From: an uncultured Eubacteriales bacterium
Lineage (GTDB): Bacteria; Bacillota; Clostridia; Oscillospirales; Oscillospiraceae
Assembly (NCBI GenBank): GCA_900320465.1
Contig: ONSQ01000011.1
Span: 140 to 64,139, forward strand
Length of the DNA stretch: 64,000 nucleotides
Direction of reading: 5' to 3'
This document shows, piece after piece, positions 28,822 to 36,474 of the stretch. Position numbers and translations under genes: made by a program. Within the stretch, counting starts at the first letter, position 1. Every line of letters starts with the position of its first letter. Under the pieces are notes generated by a model that ran no database searches, was not told where the DNA came from, and worked only from the letters and a program-made list of their open reading frames with translations.

Positions 28822-29997
28822 ATGGACCTGTTTGAAAAATGCTATCGCCCCTCTGCCGCGGATGAGATTCGCGAGAAGGGGATCTACCCGTATTTTCACG
28901 CGCTGGAATCCCGCCAGGATACCGAGGTCATCATGGAAGGCAAACGCCGCATCATGCTCGGTTCCAATAACTATCTCGGCCTGACTACCGACCCTGAGAT
29001 CATCGAGGCCGGTATCCACGCTTTCGAGAAGTACGGAAGCGGCTGCTCCGGTTCGCGTTTTCTCAACGGGACGCTTGAAATGCATCTTGAACTGGAAGCG
29101 GAGCTGGGGAAGTTCCTCCGCAAGTGCGGCATTGTAACGTTCTCCACCGGTTTCCAGTCTAACCTGGGCATCCTCTCGGCCATCGTGGGGCGCAACGACT
29201 ACGTGATCTGCGATAAAGAGAACCACGCCAGCATTTACGACGGCTGCAAACTCAGCTTCGGAAAAATGCTGCGCTATGCCCACAATAATATGGAAGACCT
29301 GGAAAAACAGCTGCAGCGCGTGCCGGAAGATGCAGGCTGCCTGATCGTGACCGACGGCGTCTTCAGCATGGGCGGAGACATCGCCAATCTGCCGGAGATC
29401 GTCCGTCTTGCTAAGCAGTACGGCGCCCGTGTGATGGTGGACGATGCCCACGGCCTCGGCGTGATCGGCGAGGGAGGGCGCGGAACGGCCAGCCATTTCG
29501 GCCTGGAAGACCAGGTGGACATCTATATGGGCACCTTCTCCAAGTCGCTGGCAAGCCTGGGCGGCTATATGGCCGCTGACGAGCGCGTTGCCGACTATGT
29601 GCGCCATTCTTCCCGACCCTTCATTTTCTCGGCATCTATCACCCCGGCCAGCTGCGCTGTCGCGCTGACGGCTCTGCGCAAGCTGGAAGCCCATCCTGAA
29701 CTGCCGCAGCGGCTGCAAAGCCTGTCGGCCTATGCCCGCGAGGGCTTCCACAAGCGCGGCGTTCGGATTCGCGAATCCGTGGCCGATGTACCGACCCCGA
29801 TCATCCCGTTGTATACCAACGATATTCTCAATACGCTCCAAACCTCGCGGCGGATCTATGACGCCGGCGTGTATGTCAATCCGGTGCTGCCGCCCGCAAC
29901 GCCTCCTGCAGATTGTCTGCTGCGTACCAGCTATATGGCCACCCACACCGAAGCACTCCTGGATGAGGCCATGGATATTATAGCCGCCAACCTGTAA
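28822..29997 (+). CDS. PLP-dependent alpha-oxoamine synthase, serine-palmitoyltransferase-like
   Basis: 391 aa with an AAGGAGG RBS. PLP-lysine motif GTFSKSLASLGGY and C-terminal VNPVLPPATPPADCLLRTSYMATHT. The N-terminus is GIYPYFHALESRQDTEVIMEGKRRIMLGSNNYLGL. From memory these resemble SPT more than Kbl or BioF. Confidence 0.75.
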   Translation: MDLFEKCYRPSAADEIREKGIYPYFHALESRQDTEVIMEGKRRIMLGSNNYLGLTTDPEIIEAGIHAFEKYGSGCSGSRFLNGTLEMHLELEAELGKFLRKCGIVTFSTGFQSNLGILSAIVGRNDYVICDKENHASIYDGCKLSFGKMLRYAHNNMEDLEKQLQRVPEDAGCLIVTDGVFSMGGDIANLPEIVRLAKQYGARVMVDDAHGLGVIGEGGRGTASHFGLEDQVDIYMGTFSKSLASLGGYMAADERVADYVRHSSRPFIFSASITPASCAVALTALRKLEAHPELPQRLQSLSAYAREGFHKRGVRIRESVADVPTPIIPLYTNDILNTLQTSRRIYDAGVYVNPVLPPATPPADCLLRTSYMATHTEALLDEAMDIIAANL

Positions 29998-30019
29998 ACC
30001 AGAGAAAGGGGAGAGCAGA

Positions 30020-30814
30020 ATGGGAAAAATCGTTCTCATCACCGGCGGCAGCTCGGGCATCGGACGCGAAGCCGCGCTCGCACTGCTCAAGTCAGGCTGC
30101 ACGGTTTATGAGATGAGCCGCAAGGAGTCCATAGGCCTGGAAGGCATCCATCACATACGCGGCGATGTTACCGATGAGCATCAGGCTGCCGCAGCGGTAC
30201 GCGAGGTCGTTGAAAAGGAAGGCCGCCTGGATATCCTGATCAATAACGCCGGGTTCGGTATTTCCGGCGCAGTGGAATTCACGCCGCCCAGTGAGGCCCG
30301 CCGCCAGTTTGACGTCAACTTCTTCGGCATGGTCAACATGAATAAAGCTGCGCTTGGCGTTATGCGCGAGCAGGGCGGCGGACGCATTGTCTGCATGAGC
30401 TCGGTGGCTGCGCCTATTGCAATCCCGTTCCAGGCTTATTACTCGGCCTCCAAAGCGGCGGTGCGCACCTACTGTCTGGCGCTGCACGAGGAAGTCCGTC
30501 CCTACGGCGTGGAGATCTGCGTCATTATGCCGGGAGATATTGCTACCGGCTTTACCGCCGCCCGCGCGAAAAGCGCGGAAGGGGACGATGTTTACGGCGG
30601 TCGTATATCCCGGTCTGTTGCCGTCATGGAGCACGACGAGCAGACCGGCATGACCTCTGAGTATGCAGGCAATTTCGTCTGTAAAGTGGCGCTGGCAAAG
30701 AAGCATAAGCCTGTAACCGTCATGGGCGGAAAATATAAGCTCTTTGTTTTCCTGACGCGTCTCATGTCCACAAGGCTAATGACCACGTTGGTGGGCAAAA
30801 TCTACGCCTCATAA
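30020..30814 (+). CDS. Classical short-chain dehydrogenase/reductase (candidate 3-keto long-chain-base reductase)
   Basis: 264 aa. TGGSSGIG cofactor motif, NNAG, and catalytic S...YYSASK. Lies 22 nt after the SPT-like gene. Confidence 0.9.
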   Translation: MGKIVLITGGSSGIGREAALALLKSGCTVYEMSRKESIGLEGIHHIRGDVTDEHQAAAAVREVVEKEGRLDILINNAGFGISGAVEFTPPSEARRQFDVNFFGMVNMNKAALGVMREQGGGRIVCMSSVAAPIAIPFQAYYSASKAAVRTYCLALHEEVRPYGVEICVIMPGDIATGFTAARAKSAEGDDVYGGRISRSVAVMEHDEQTGMTSEYAGNFVCKVALAKKHKPVTVMGGKYKLFVFLTRLMSTRLMTTLVGKIYAS

Positions 30815-30857
30815 GGAGTCTTTGCTACAAAACTGAAGGAGAGCAATATATAAAACG

Positions 30858-30883
30858 AAAGCACCTGCTTTCGCAGGTGCTTT
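30858..30883. terminator. Bidirectional terminator between the SDR gene (+) and tRNA-Cys (-)
   Basis: aaagcacctgc-tttc-gcaggtgcttt, with A/T runs on both flanks. Confidence 0.75.
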
Positions 30884-30887
30884 CATT

Positions 30888-30963
30888 TGGAGGCGCCACC
30901 CAGATTTGAACTGGGGCAATCGCGGATTTGCAGTCCGCTGCCTTACCACTTGGCTATGGCGCC
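30888..30963 (-). tRNA. tRNA-Cys (GCA), CCA encoded
   Basis: The reverse complement folds as a cloverleaf: GGCGCCA/TGGCGCC acceptor, anticodon arm GCGGA-CTGCAAA-TCCGC, T arm CCCAG-TTCAAAT-CTGGG, 3' TCCA. Confidence 0.9.
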
Positions 30964-30970
30964 GGATATG

Positions 30971-31007
30971 GAAAAGAGGGTTTTTCCAAAACCCTCTTTT
31001 CTTTTTG
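30971..31007. terminator. Perfect 13-bp hairpin with T-run between tRNA-Gly and tRNA-Cys
   Basis: gaaaagagggttt-ttcc-aaaaccctcttttc followed by tttttg on the plus strand. The A/U-rich stem base gives a weaker U-tract on the minus strand. Confidence 0.6.
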
Positions 31008-31083
31008 TGGAGCGGCCTACGAGGCTCGAACTCGCTACCTCCACCTTGGCAAGGTGGCGCTCTACCAGATGAGCTAAGGCCGC
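31008..31083 (-). tRNA. tRNA-Gly (GCC), CCA encoded
   Basis: Reverse complement GCGGCCTTAGCTCATCTGGTAGAGCGCCACCTTGCCAAGGTGG...TTCGAGCCTCGTAGGCCGCTCCA. The anticodon loop is TTGCCAA. Confidence 0.9.
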
Positions 31084-31086
31084 AGA

Positions 31087-31162
<76 letters not shown>

Positions 31163-31167
31163 ATATA

Positions 31168-31223
31168 AACCAGTGACCCCCTGCTTGTAAGGCAGGTGCT
31201 CTAACCAGCTGAGCTATGCTCCC
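31168..31223 (-). pseudogene. 3'-truncated tRNA-Val (TAC): acceptor 5' strand through the first T-loop bases only
   Basis: Reverse complement GGGAGCATAGCTCAGCTGGTTAGAGCACCTGCCTTACAAGCAGGGGGTCACTGGTT, then TATAT, then the tRNA-Phe 5' end. The 3' T-stem strand (CCAGT), the acceptor 3' strand (TGCTCCC) and CCA are all absent. Confidence 0.75.
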
Positions 31224-31239
31224 GCGTGACAGCTTTGTT

Positions 31240-31268
31240 ATAATACTAAAAAACGGTTGATTTGTCAA
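31240..31268 (-). promoter_or_regulatory. Near-consensus sigma-70 promoter driving the tRNA cluster
   Basis: The minus strand reads TTGACA (31268-31263), a 17-nt spacer, then TATTAT (31245-31240). This lies ~17 nt upstream of the tRNA-Val fragment. Confidence 0.7.
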
Positions 31269-31303
31269 TATCCCATTTGAAAAAAATTTCCGGCAGGGGA
31301 GAA

Positions 31304-32182
31304 TCAGTTTTCTCCCCCGTCGGCCATGGCCTGCAGCTCATCGGGCATGAAGACATATTTCCTGTCGCAGAATTGGCAGCTCACGGAAATATCCTTACCC
31401 TCGGCGATCATACTCGCCAGCTCTTCTTGCCCCACGCTGCGGATCGCGTCGGCAACCCGTTCCCGCGAACAGTAGCACCGATATTCGATGGCCTTCTCGC
31501 CCACCTGGTGATACTCCAGACCCTTCAGGACCTGCGCAAATACCGCTTCGGCCCCGTCCTCGTCCAGGATCGTCGTCAGCTGATCCATCATAAAGATGTT
31601 TTCCTCCAGCTTGTCGATCAGCTTCTCATCCGCCCCGGGCATCAGCTGCACGATAAAGCCGCCCGCGGCCTTCACGCTTCTGTCCGTGTCCACAAGCACG
31701 CCCAGACCGCAGGCCGAGGGGACCTGCTCGCTCTCGATCAGATACGCCGTCAGATCCTCTGCGATCTCGCCGCTCACCAGCTCGGTCGAACCGATATACG
31801 GCTCCTTCAATCCGATATCGCGGCTCACAGTCACCATGCCCACGCGGCCCACGGCGCCGCCCACATTCAGCTTGCCGTCCTTGCGCAGCGGCAACTCCAC
31901 CTGAGGATTCTCCGCATAGCCGCGCACGTTGCCTTCGCTGTCCGAAACGGCGACGACGCTGCCGATCGGTCCACCGCCGTTGATGCGGATGGTAAGACTT
32001 CCTTTTTCCTCTTTCATCGCCTCGCCCAGCAGCGACGCCGCGCACAGTGTACGCCCCAGCGCGGCGGTGGCGGTGGGGCTGCAATGATGAATGGTTCTGG
32101 CGCATTCAATGGTATCTTTGGCGGTAACGACGGCCATTTTGATATAGCCGTCGGCCGCTGTGGCGCGAATGATTCTATCCAT
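31304..32182 (-). CDS. hslO: Redox-regulated chaperone Hsp33
   Basis: 292 aa starting MDRIIRATAADGYIKMAVVT. The C-terminal zinc centre is CYCSRERV ... CQFCDRKY. Confidence 0.95.
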   Translation of the reverse strand: MDRIIRATAADGYIKMAVVTAKDTIECARTIHHCSPTATAALGRTLCAASLLGEAMKEEKGSLTIRINGGGPIGSVVAVSDSEGNVRGYAENPQVELPLRKDGKLNVGGAVGRVGMVTVSRDIGLKEPYIGSTELVSGEIAEDLTAYLIESEQVPSACGLGVLVDTDRSVKAAGGFIVQLMPGADEKLIDKLEENIFMMDQLTTILDEDGAEAVFAQVLKGLEYHQVGEKAIEYRCYCSRERVADAIRSVGQEELASMIAEGKDISVSCQFCDRKYVFMPDELQAMADGGEN

Positions 32183-32285
32183 ATAGTCGGACTCCTTTCG
32201 AACAAAAAAGCTCGTTTTTATACCGGATTCCCTGCAAAACGGATTTTTGAAGAACTTTTTTGCTGCTTATTGCTGAACTGTGCGC

Positions 32286-33017
32286 TTATGAAAAGGCGCG
32301 TTTTGACACCACAAAAACCCGGCCGGGATCCGGCCACTGGCCTGGATGCACAAAACGGACGTCTGTAAAGCCGTGCTCCGCCAGCGCGTCACGGAGAAAA
32401 GCCTCCTCATAGACGTATTCCACGTGCTCCTCGCCGCTGCGCTGCCACAGCTCGCCCTCCCGTTCGAACAGATCCATCCCGTAAACAAGGCACTGCTGCT
32501 CGGCGTCAAAGTCTGCCCTCCACAGGCAGAAAACATCGTCGTCCTCGTCCACCGAAACGCTGCCGTCCAACGCGCGCAGGCTTTCCGGGGTTTTGATGTC
32601 GAAGATGAACAGTCCGCCCGGGCGGATAAAAAGATGCAGTCGGCGCAAAACCTCTCCGAAATCCTGACGCGGAAGATAGTTGACTCCGTCCAGCGAACAG
32701 ATCGCCGCGTCCACGGTGCCATAGAGATCCAGCTCCTGCGCGCTCTGCTGCAGGAAAAGCGGCGGTATGGACAATCCGGAAGATTTTGCCCTTGCCTCCA
32801 TCAACATTTCGGCCGATTGGTCAGCCGCTATCATTTCATAGCCGCGCCGCGCCATTTCCACCGTTAAAGTACCCGTTCCACAGCAAAAGTCCAGTATGAG
32901 GCGGAATTCGCCCCCATTTTGTGCAAATTCCGCCTCATAAAAATCCGCAAAGCTGCCGTAGGGAATATCGCCCGTCAGCGTGTCGTACCACGCCGCAAGC
33001 GCGCCGTAACAGTTCAC
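32286..33017 (-). CDS. Class I SAM-dependent methyltransferase
   Basis: 243 aa. Motif I is ILDFCCGTGTLT. A 4-nt overlap with the upstream yerC-like gene suggests co-transcription. Confidence 0.8.
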   Translation of the reverse strand: MNCYGALAAWYDTLTGDIPYGSFADFYEAEFAQNGGEFRLILDFCCGTGTLTVEMARRGYEMIAADQSAEMLMEARAKSSGLSIPPLFLQQSAQELDLYGTVDAAICSLDGVNYLPRQDFGEVLRRLHLFIRPGGLFIFDIKTPESLRALDGSVSVDEDDDVFCLWRADFDAEQQCLVYGMDLFEREGELWQRSGEEHVEYVYEEAFLRDALAEHGFTDVRFVHPGQWPDPGRVFVVSKRAFS

Positions 33018-33331
33018 TTTTCGCCGTCCTTTTCCTGCTCTAAACGGGAAAAAACGATTTCATAGCCACCTTTTCCGTATTGAAGCGAACGGTTGACCCG
33101 ACTGATCGTGGCGCTTGACGCCCCCGTTTCGGCCAGTATGTCATTATAAATCATCCCCTTGCTCAAACACACAGCGACCTGATAGCGCTGTTCCATGGCC
33201 ATGAGCTCGGATACGGTGCAGAGATCATCGAAGAATTTCATGCATTCTTCCACGCTTCCCAGCGTCAAAATAGCTTTGTACATGTCCTCGCTGCGCGGTT
33301 TTTTGGGGAGCTTGTTCATAGATACCTCCAA
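33014..33331 (-). CDS. YerC/YecD-family TrpR-like DNA-binding protein
   Basis: 105 aa. LCTVSELMAMEQRYQVAVCLSKGMIYNDILAETGASSATISRVNRSL is the TrpR-like HTH typical of YerC/YecD. Confidence 0.85.
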   Translation of the reverse strand: MEVSMNKLPKKPRSEDMYKAILTLGSVEECMKFFDDLCTVSELMAMEQRYQVAVCLSKGMIYNDILAETGASSATISRVNRSLQYGKGGYEIVFSRLEQEKDGEK

Positions 33332-33472
33332 TTAGATTGATCCTGGTATATGTAAAAAACGGACTTCTCTTGAGAAAAACAGCCTCTTGTGAGCCTTGGA
33401 AAACCGGCCATGAATCGCCCGGGTGCGTTGATACACACAGACAAGACAGTACCATTTTGGATGAAAGACCTG

Positions 33473-33562
33473 TGGCCGGAAAATTGGCCGAATTGGCCGA
33501 AACCAGCCGGGATCAGCCGGAAATCCGGCGCGGCGGCCGGGGGAAAGGGGGATAACGGCCGA
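33473..33562. repeat. Helically phased array of seven GCCG(R)(R)A motifs in the yerC-nfeD intergenic region
   Basis: GCCG cores start at 33475, 33487, 33496, 33506, 33516, 33536 and 33558. The spacings are 12, 9, 10, 10, 20 and 22 nt. Each core is followed by purine/A-rich bases. Confidence 0.6.
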
Positions 33563-33701
33563 GATTTGCATTTTCTGCCAGTCTTTATCATATATTATCA
33601 CTTTAATCTGTAAAAGTAAAGAGTGCAAAACGGAGGAAGTAGCGGCTGCTTTTCGTGCCAAATGCATAAAATAAAAAAGCGTATTCCCGTACGGATTCCC
33701 C

Positions 33702-33730
33702 TTGCAGATTGAAAGGGGACAGGATATAAT
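33702..33730 (+). promoter_or_regulatory. Candidate promoter of the nfeD-SPFH operon
   Basis: TTGCAG (33702-33707), a 17-nt spacer, then TATAAT (33725-33730). Confidence 0.6.
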
Positions 33731-33760
33731 AGCTTCAGAAAGCAGAAAGGAGTGAGTGAA

Positions 33761-34207
33761 ATGCTCGGAATGGAAAACAGCATGACGGCGGTGTGGGTCG
33801 TTCTGATGATCGTCTTCCTGGTTGTCGAGGGTATCGTTCCGGGGCTGGTGTCCATCTGGTTTGCCCTTGGCGCCCTGGCGGCGCTGATTTCCTCGATGCT
33901 CGGCGCTCAGCTCTGGCTGCAGGCTGTCTGGTTCATCGTGGTTTCCGTGCTGGCGCTGATCGCGACGAGGCCGCTGGCAAAAAAATACGTGAACTCCCGC
34001 GTGCAGGCCACCAACGCCGATATGCTCATCGGGCAGGAATGCGTGGTGAAGGAGGCCGTGAACCAGCTTGCTGAAACCGGTGCAGTGGCGATCGGAGGCA
34101 AGATCTGGACCGCGCGTACCGACAGCGCCGATACGATCCTGGAGGAGGGCAGCATCGCCGTCGTCGAACGGATCGAAGGCGTGAAACTGATCGTCAGAAA
34201 AAAGTAA
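33761..34207 (+). CDS. NfeD-family membrane protein
   Basis: I chose the ATG at 33761, 8 nt after GGAG; the tracked GTG at 33752 overlaps the RBS. Three hydrophobic spans precede a C-terminal OB-like domain (GQECVVKEAV...GAVAIGGKIWTART). Lies upstream of an SPFH gene. Confidence 0.8.
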   Translation: MLGMENSMTAVWVVLMIVFLVVEGIVPGLVSIWFALGALAALISSMLGAQLWLQAVWFIVVSVLALIATRPLAKKYVNSRVQATNADMLIGQECVVKEAVNQLAETGAVAIGGKIWTARTDSADTILEEGSIAVVERIEGVKLIVRKK

Positions 34208-34233
34208 AGGAATAATAGAACGGAGGAATCACT

Positions 34234-35118
34234 ATGGTAGCAATCATTATTGTCCTTGTCATTGTTATCGCCCTGATCGTGGCAAACATCCGCGTAGTCC
34301 AGCAGGCGAGAGCTTTCGTCATTGAAAGACTGGGCGCCTACAAGGAGACCTGGAACGTGGGTCTGCATGTGAAGATGCCTTTCATCGACCGCGTGGCCAA
34401 GATCGTCTCCCTGAAGGAGCAGGTCGCGGACTTCCCGCCTCAGCCGGTCATCACGAAGGATAACGTCACGATGCAGATCGACACGGTCGTGTATTTCCAG
34501 ATCACCGACCCGAAGCTCTTCACCTACGGTATCGAGCAGCCCATGGTCGCCATTGAGAACCTGTCGGCTACCACGCTGCGTAACATCATCGGCGACCTGG
34601 AGCTGGACCAGTGCCTGACCAGCCGCGACATCATCAACTCCAAGATGCGCTCCATCCTGGACGAGGCCACCGACCCCTGGGGCATCAAGGTCAACCGCGT
34701 TGAGCTGAAGAACATCCTGCCGCCCAAGGAGATCCAGAACGCGATGGAGAAGCAGATGAAGGCCGAGCGTGAACGCCGTGAAGCCATCCTGCGCGCCGAA
34801 GGCGAGAAGAGAGCCGCCATCCTGGAGGCCGAAGGCGAGAAGGAATCCGCGATCCTGCGCGCCGACGCCAAGAAACAGCAGCAGATTCTGGAGGCCGAAG
34901 GCGAGGCCCAGGCTATTCTGAAGGTCCAGACCGCCACCGCCGAAGGTATCCGTCTGATCAACGAGGCGGCGCCGTCTGACGCCGTGCTGCGCATCAAGGC
35001 GCTGGAGGCCTTCACCTCCGCCGCCAACGGCACCGCCACCAAGATCATCATCCCCAGCGAGATCCAGGGGCTGGCCGGTCTGGCTGCCGGCGTGATCGAG
35101 GCGACCAAGGAAAAGTAA
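34234..35118 (+). CDS. SPFH/band-7 (stomatin/QmcA-like) membrane protein
   Basis: 294 aa with an N-terminal TM. VQQARAFVIERLGAYKETWNVGLHVKMPFIDRV, followed by a Glu/Ala-rich coiled coil (AILRAEGEKRAAILEAEGEKESAILRA). Confidence 0.9.
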   Translation: MVAIIIVLVIVIALIVANIRVVQQARAFVIERLGAYKETWNVGLHVKMPFIDRVAKIVSLKEQVADFPPQPVITKDNVTMQIDTVVYFQITDPKLFTYGIEQPMVAIENLSATTLRNIIGDLELDQCLTSRDIINSKMRSILDEATDPWGIKVNRVELKNILPPKEIQNAMEKQMKAERERREAILRAEGEKRAAILEAEGEKESAILRADAKKQQQILEAEGEAQAILKVQTATAEGIRLINEAAPSDAVLRIKALEAFTSAANGTATKIIIPSEIQGLAGLAAGVIEATKEK

Positions 35119-35139
35119 ACACTCGGTAAATCTGAATCG

Positions 35140-35175
35140 GGCATACCGGCAGCGAGCTGCCGGTATGCCTTTGTG
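35140..35175 (+). terminator. Hairpin terminator after the SPFH gene, 11 nt before the hexokinase-like start
   Basis: ggcataccggcagc / gctgccggtatgcc (14 bp) followed by tttgtgg. Confidence 0.65.
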
Positions 35176-35185
35176 GGGGTTAAAC

Positions 35186-36457
35186 ATGACAGACACAGTA
35201 AAGCAGTTTCTTGCCCGCCATGGGATGGCGAGCGAGCGTATCGATCCCATCGAGTATGCGCCGAAGATGGCACAGCGGCTGGCCGAGGGACTGGAACAGG
35301 ACGGCCGGATGCTGCCCATGATCCCGACCTATCTGAAAAACAGCGGCTCGGTACCGCTGAATGAGGACGCCGTCGTCATCGACGCGGGCGGAACAAATTT
35401 TCGCTGCGCGCTGGCCCGCTTTACCGAAGAGGGATGTGAGGTCAGGGAACTGAAGAAATGCAAGATGCCGGGTATCGGGAAGAGCGCGACCTGGGAGGAG
35501 TTCATCTCCTTTATCGCAGACAATATCATGTCCTATATGGATCGGGCGGATAAGATCGGCTTTTGCTTTTCGTATTCGGCGGACATCACGCCGGAGATCG
35601 ACGGACGCGTACGCGTGATCGACAAGGAGGTCGTGATCACCGGTTCGGAAGGAAGGCTGGTGGGCGCGTCGCTGGTGGAAGAGCTGGAGCGCCGGGGCTG
35701 CAAGGGCAAGAGCGTGGTGATCCTCAACGACACGGCGGCGGTGCTGCTGGGCGTGTCGGCCACGCTGGACAAGGAGCGCTACAGCGGCTTTATCGGCCAG
35801 ATCAACGGAACGGGCACCAATACCTGCTGTCTGGTCAGACGCAGCGCCATCGGCAAGCTGCACGACAGCAGCGACGAGGCCGTGATCGTCAATATCGAGT
35901 CCGGCAATTACGATGATTTTCCCCGCGGAGATTTCGATCTGGAGCTGGACTGCGAGAGCAACAATCCAGGCTCAAAGCATCTGGAAAAGATGACCGCGGG
36001 CGTATACCTGGGTTCGCTGTGCCGGGTCATGTTCTCGGCGGCTGCCAATGAGGGCGTCATTACACCGGAGACTGGAGAAAAGATAGCCGCGCTCGGCTCC
36101 TTTGACGCGTCGGTGATCGACCAGTGGGCCGCCGGAGAGGGACTGGCCGAGCTGGAGCTTCCGGAAGAGGACGAGCGCTTTGTGCGGGAAATCTGTCTGA
36201 ACGCCTTTGACCGTTCGGCCAGGTGCATGTGCGTGAATCTGACGGCGATCGCGCTGCTGACCGGAGAAGGGAAGGACAAGCCCGTCTGCGTCTGCGCCGA
36301 GGGCTCGCTGGTGCAGAAGAGCAGACACTTCCTGCCGCTGCTCAAACAGTATCTTGAGCTGTGCGCGCGAGATCACTTCGGATGCACACTGGAAATGAAC
36401 GTGGGCTATGAGACCACGCTGCCCGGCGCCGCCGCGGCTGTACTGCTCAACAAATAA
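35186..36457 (+). CDS. Hexokinase-family (eukaryotic-type) sugar kinase
   Basis: Internal ATG at 35186. VVIDAGGTNFRCAL (compare hexokinase LDLGGTNFR) and VVILNDTAAVLLG (compare NDTVGT). 423 aa, consistent with two hexokinase lobes. Confidence 0.7.
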   Translation: MTDTVKQFLARHGMASERIDPIEYAPKMAQRLAEGLEQDGRMLPMIPTYLKNSGSVPLNEDAVVIDAGGTNFRCALARFTEEGCEVRELKKCKMPGIGKSATWEEFISFIADNIMSYMDRADKIGFCFSYSADITPEIDGRVRVIDKEVVITGSEGRLVGASLVEELERRGCKGKSVVILNDTAAVLLGVSATLDKERYSGFIGQINGTGTNTCCLVRRSAIGKLHDSSDEAVIVNIESGNYDDFPRGDFDLELDCESNNPGSKHLEKMTAGVYLGSLCRVMFSAAANEGVITPETGEKIAALGSFDASVIDQWAAGEGLAELELPEEDERFVREICLNAFDRSARCMCVNLTAIALLTGEGKDKPVCVCAEGSLVQKSRHFLPLLKQYLELCARDHFGCTLEMNVGYETTLPGAAAAVLLNK

Positions 36458-36474
36458 GTTTACATAATTCAATT

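Noticed and set aside
28822-29997. Annotation as BioF (biotin) or Kbl (threonine degradation)
   Set aside because: This is not fully excluded, but no bioA/D/B or tdh is adjacent. The neighbouring reductase is a 264-aa classical SDR rather than a TDH. The GTFSKS and PPATP motifs fit SPT better from memory. It is kept as an alternative hypothesis in the finding.
33389-33613. 74-aa ORF (…WPENWPNWPKPAGI…) across the GCCG array
   Set aside because: It has a GTG start without an RBS, and its repetitive peptide simply mirrors the DNA repeat. The opposite-strand 111-aa ORF is equally implausible. The region is treated as non-coding.
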